Shown piece after piece: positions 59,433 through 64,000 of a stretch of 64,000 bases of DNA. Position numbers and translations under genes: made by a program. The notes under the pieces are model-generated. The model had not been told where the DNA came from. It did not search any database and was given only the letters and a program-made list of their open reading frames with translations. The stretch comes from Marsupella aquatica (taxonomy: Eukaryota; Plantae; Marchantiophyta), in assembly GCA_973895155.1 (NCBI GenBank), contig OZ316898.1, positions 15,840,330 to 15,904,329 of the forward strand, in the 5' to 3' direction. Within the stretch, counting starts at the first letter, position 1. Each line of letters starts with the position of its first letter.

Positions 59433-60459
59433 CCCAAGCTTGTCTCAACACGTCGGGACCAGACTGGCCCCAACTCTTACACCGACTCCCGGTTCGCCCC
59501 ACTGATGGTCTAGGGACCGAGCGCCCTTGGGACTCAGCCTCCATACCTACTTGGCCTTGCCTCCCCAACGCAAGCTCCCTTGGGAGGCTGAATGCGGCTT
59601 GGCTATTGTTCGGCAGGATTTGGCAAACGGGCGAGCTAACACCCGCAAACCACAAGAACCCATGGCACCCCCAGACCCAGCTGAGCTCAGGAGGGCGTAG
59701 CCCTCCTCAAGAGCTTTCCAACGCACCTAAGAAGTCTTCTAGCAGACTTCCCGTTGGGAAGATATCGTCATTTCCGTTTGGCGGTTTCTCTTAGTGTCGC
59801 GACTGCCGCGGCTCACGACTTCGGCTCGCCCTTTGTCCCCAGGGAGACACCACTCCCCTCATATATGCTTCTGGAGACCTGCCACCCCCGGACCAGCTTT
59901 GGTCCCTAAACATTTGGCCCCCAACCCGGATCCCATCGCACATAATGGGCGCGTCACCAACTGGCAACGCCCATAACTTTCTTGATAGGCATCCGCAAGT
60001 AGAGTGCCTTAGCCCGTTGTGACCGGGCCGACCCAGTGCTCATGCCTAGGCCCTCAGGTCTGATCGCCGCTCAGGGCCCCCAACCGGCCCAACCCGGATC
60101 AGGCCGCAACTTGCGCCCCAAGCGTCCGTTGCCAATGGCGTCAACTCCATTGGTCTTGGGCCCAAGAGGAGCTCACTCCCAAGCCCTCAGAACTCAAAGC
60201 CCATCCGACGGTCTAGATGGCCATCCTTGAGCTCGGCCCATTTCCCCTTGACCCAACCAGCCATAGGCTAGTCCAAGTCCTTAGTGTGTGTCCCCAGCTT
60301 GGCCCCTTGCCTCGCTAGTGGCACGTCTCATTGCCCACAAGTCTCCCCATGCTAAGTCCTCCCTGAATGGCCTATCCGGGCCTGGACCATAAGGGAGCTT
60401 GGCGTCGGAGTCAACGACGTTGGAGCTAAGTGTTAAGGTAGTTGAGTTCCGCGACTTGA
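59433..60459. repeat. Repeat family X, copy 2, right part
   Basis: 59433-59565 matches ~63498-63633. Confidence 0.75.
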
Positions 60460-60976
60460 TGTCACATGATAAACATTCAATGGATCTTCTGGTTCACTAA
60501 TGTTCCAAAAAATGATTACTAGTTCAACAATGATTAGCCTCCAATAGTGACGTTGTCGTTGATCGAGTTCTTGTCACAACGTCAGGTTCCACTTTGATGA
60601 CATGATTCCCCTGCAAAATTCTTCAACAGCTTCTTGAGTAGTCAACTATCATTGGAAAGTTTCACCATTCATGCCGAAAAGCTGCTGCCCTGCTTCATTC
60701 CATACTCGGTAGTCTCCCTCCCTAAGGCGGATCATAAATTGGAACATGGGCTTCCCCTCTCCTACGAGCTTGCAAATATGAGTGCCTCGATCCCTATTGA
60801 AAATGTTCAATTGTTCTTCTCCCATTTGCCTTCGTTGTCTTGCTTTCACCCCCAGAGCGCAATCGATCTCTGCTGTCTCCTAGCTTGGTATCGCATCCTT
60901 CATAGCAAAACCCTAATCCGGTACTACTCCAAATAGCAAAAATTGTCGTACCTTCTAATGTTAGTCTCCCAACCAT
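60460..60976 (-). pseudogene. RPA70 C-terminal OB-fold/zinc-ribbon-like reading frame inside the LTR
   Basis: Consensus of both LTR copies: TTIFAI..FCYEGCDTKLGDGRDCALGV..HICK..PMFRFMIRL..CRVWNEAGQQLFGMNGETF..WRLIAAERV. Confidence 0.6.
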
Positions 60977-61084
60977 CTTACTAAGCTATTTCTACCTGCC
61001 ACTGATCCCCTTAAATACTTGATCTATTATCTTCCGCTTGACGTTTCTCCACTAATTCTACTTAATTATTTTCTTGGTTTTACA
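60460..61084 (-). repeat. Solo LTR (625 bp) of the gypsy family at 20409, with non-matching flanks
   Basis: TGTCACATG...GGTTTTACA; flanks CTTGA and GTGAC. Confidence 0.9.
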
Positions 61085-62308
61085 GTGACCATGGAGGAGA
61101 ACCCGACACCAACCTCAGACAGGGTCACGACAGAGGATCCAACTGCCCTAGAAGGCGGGGATGGCAAAGCCAAGGCCAGGACACTCAATGATGAAGCCGG
61201 GGTACCGGATCCACCACTAGAGCATACCGGGGAGGCCGTAGCCGTATTAGAGGCCGTGGCCGATGCTGAGGCCGAAGCCGAGGGTGGACCCGATCAGGCC
61301 GCGAGTGAGTTGACTGGGTCTGGGGCAGGTAATCTGTTAAAAGACGGACCTACGGCAGTGGCTGCGGAGGAAGCGTTGGGGGCGTCCATTGAGGATCAGC
61401 CACCGCTACCATGACGGTGGTGGAGGGCCGCTCCTTTTAAGGAGGGCGGACATGGAGGGAGGAGGTGTGAGTGGGTAGGGTGGGCTCAGATCTCTAAGTT
61501 TAGAATTAGGATTAGGACCAAGAGGCGGCCTTGACACTTAGATTAGTGGGATTGTGGATCCACTGGTAAGAGCAACACTTGTGCTCCTGCCTCGTTGTAC
61601 ATAGGTAGATTACAGTTAGGATAGATTAGGCTTACGCTGCAAGGAATTAGGCGGATCCACTGCCAGGATAAGTACCTGGGTAGCGGGGAGTTCAGGGCCT
61701 TCTTCCTTAGCAAGTTTTTAGTGCACCAGCAGGGCTGGGATCAAGTAGTGAAAGAAGCTCTCGGTTAGTTATACTATGACCCTTGTGTATATTCATGTTT
61801 CCTCATGCCTAAGAGATGAATAGAGTTGGCCTCACGACTTAGTTTGCAGATCTTGTGTATGAGAAGTACTGTTTGTATGGCAAGTGCATGGTATAACTCA
61901 GTCAGAAGGAGTCATTTTGCTATTTGTGTGTCGCATTAACTTGTTTGAAGATTGCCCACATCAACCAAGAGAAGGGAGTAAGCAAGGTAGTAAGAGTTGG
62001 ATGTGTCAAGCTGAGAGAGGTCTTAGCGGCTTACCCAAACCAGTTGGGGATCATTCCGGCGGCGGAATCCAAACATACCTAAAAGAAGACCACAAGAGGA
62101 AGACAAGGGAAGGCATAGAATAGGCCAACTACGTATCTTATGACCCGATGAAGGATCTTTCCAATATATGTGTGTAAAATGTTAGTAGAGAGTTAGCAGT
62201 GTCCCATGTCGCTAAGCCAAAGAACCAGCCTCGCCGAGAGCAAAACCTGCAGGAATCGGCTTGTGCAAGGGGGTTTCTTGGGTTTAGGGAGCCATGGGAC
62301 GCATCACA
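61085..62308 (+). mobile_element. Truncated, inverted second copy of the 4.6-kb TG..CA element
   Basis: Reverse-complement homology to ~5628-6835; ends GCATCACA; encodes DRVTTEDPTAL..GPTAVAAEEALGASI. Confidence 0.9.
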
Positions 62309-63029
62309 GATCCCAATGAGTACTTTGCATTGTCCACAACTTGTATCCGGGACTGGCTAGCTGGGATCCTCTTAGCCAAGGGAGGTGGAGGTCTCTTGGT
62401 GGAAACCGAGGTGGAAACTAGACCTGACAAGTGGCCACCTCCCAACTGAAAGCATTTGAGCTTTCCTCGAGGAGAATGAGGTTTTACATTGCCTCCCAAT
62501 GATTGCTGATCTCCTTGGACTCTCTTTGCTTGGCCGCAAGCTGCCCAAAATCTTGTCACACTTTGCCTCGGTTAGTCTTTAAATTGGCCACCCTTCAACT
62601 TACAATACTTGGCCGACACTTCCAAAATTGCCTCAGCAATAGACCAAAATCCCTCCTTGTTGATGAACAACTTGGTCATGTAGTCTTGGGTTTTGTTGTA
62701 TCCAAAACCCTTTGTGATAGCCGCCTTATCGCATTTGATTTGTGATACCTTGATCATCAACTTAGCACACCTTTTTTTGTAAGCAGCCTTCTTGGGGCAA
62801 GAATACCAATAAGTCTCTGATAGCTTGGCTCCTACTTCCCCAAATAAGGTCCATAATCAAGAGCGATAAGGATCATACTAATCTTCTCTGTTCATTGGTA
62901 GATCTCATCCACTATGCAACATTTTCCCCTCCTTTGGGTTGGTCTGTACTCTTCCATGGAGAGCTCCCGCTATTGCCTTATATTTCGTGTTGCTGGATTT
63001 GGCTAAATGCACACTATCCTTCAGTTTTA

Positions 63030-63634
63030 GTGGTGGACCTTGCCACCCAGCGCCCTCACCAATCCCGACACCCACGTCTAAGTGCCCTCGGTGCCCAAAC
63101 GCCTCCACGGAATTCCTTGAGCAAGCAACCTAGTGCCCCTTGCACCCCCAGTGGCCCCTCCCATTCAAATCCGCACTTGCTCTCCAACGCGACCGCTACT
63201 TAACGGTCCTCACGGTCTGCACAAGCAACCAAGCGCCTCGATAAGTAACCCTTTAGGATCTAGATCTCCCAAGCCTAGCATCCTAACTCAAGCTCAACAG
63301 ACATTGGTAAATAGGTCAGCGATAGGTCCTCCCAACGCCATAAGCCAAAACCAGAACCCACGGCCACTGTTTGTCCAGAACAACTCCTTCCTTGGGCGCG
63401 GCCCGGGTTTCCCCTCGTACCTATCCATCACCAACTGACCACCCTGACCCCAAGACATGCTCATGGGCCAAATAGCGTAGCTTATCCTAAAGCTTGTCCC
63501 AAGCTTTTCCTAACACGTCGGGACCCAGTATGGCCCCGACTCTAGCAACTAACTCCCGGTTTGCACCACTGATGGTCTAGGGGCCAAGCACCCTTGGAAC
63601 TCAACCTCCATGCCTACTTGGCCTTGCCTCCCCG
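63030..63634. repeat. Repeat family X, copy 3, containing the empty site for the DNA transposon
   Basis: Collinear with 40043-40511 plus 59433-59565 without the 18.9-kb insert. Confidence 0.88.
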
Positions 63635-64000
63635 TGTTGTGGAGGGTAACTCACGGGTAGCACACAACCCAAGCAAAGATATTGCTATCTCTACCAGTTC
63701 GTTCCCATGGAAGAACTTAGGGTGGGACCGCAAGCGAAAGACGGATGAACAAACCTTTTAGAAACCAAACAAAACCCCACCTCTATCTTCCAAGAGGCTG
63801 GAGAGTTTTCTCCACTTCAAAACAATAGACTACAACGACAAAACAACAAGACCTAACTCTCCACAAGGACCCCCCCTCATGAGAGTGCCAAATTTACTAA
63901 AATTCTTTACACAAGGTGGCCAGGGAAAACCTGTAAGAAATCACCCTGCTAAAAGCTCACTGGAACAAACCATGTTGCTGGGGTCACATCAGCTCCTCCT
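63635..64000. mobile_element. Start of another probable LTR, running off the window
   Basis: Homology to family X stops abruptly and new sequence begins TGTTGTGG. Confidence 0.5.

Overview
This is eukaryotic DNA, very probably from a seed-free land plant (fern, lycophyte or bryophyte-like; an inference from TE families and GT-AG introns). It is almost entirely nested transposable elements, and I recognise no ordinary host gene. Contents: two RTEX-like LINE copies, two L1 LINEs (one almost wholly inverted), a decayed Ty3/gypsy element, a young Bianca-like Ty1/copia, a MITE, solo or partial LTRs, and a 4.6-kb TG..CA element carrying a ~1,200-codon ORF. The main feature is an 18.9-kb cut-and-paste DNA transposon (40512-59428; 26-bp TIRs, 4-bp TTGT TSD, empty site visible at ~63490) with a Sola-like DDE transposase. 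Its cargo is a divergently oriented, intron-containing gene joining a ParB/Srx-like domain to a beta-class N6A/N4C DNA-methyltransferase-like domain, plus an FCP1/SCP-type HAD phosphatase domain. A 21-bp GATC-centred palindrome recurs dozens of times inside this element. A second notable feature is a 625-bp gypsy LTR filled by an RPA70 C-terminal OB-fold-like reading frame. All protein assignments are by-eye motif recognition; no database searches were run.
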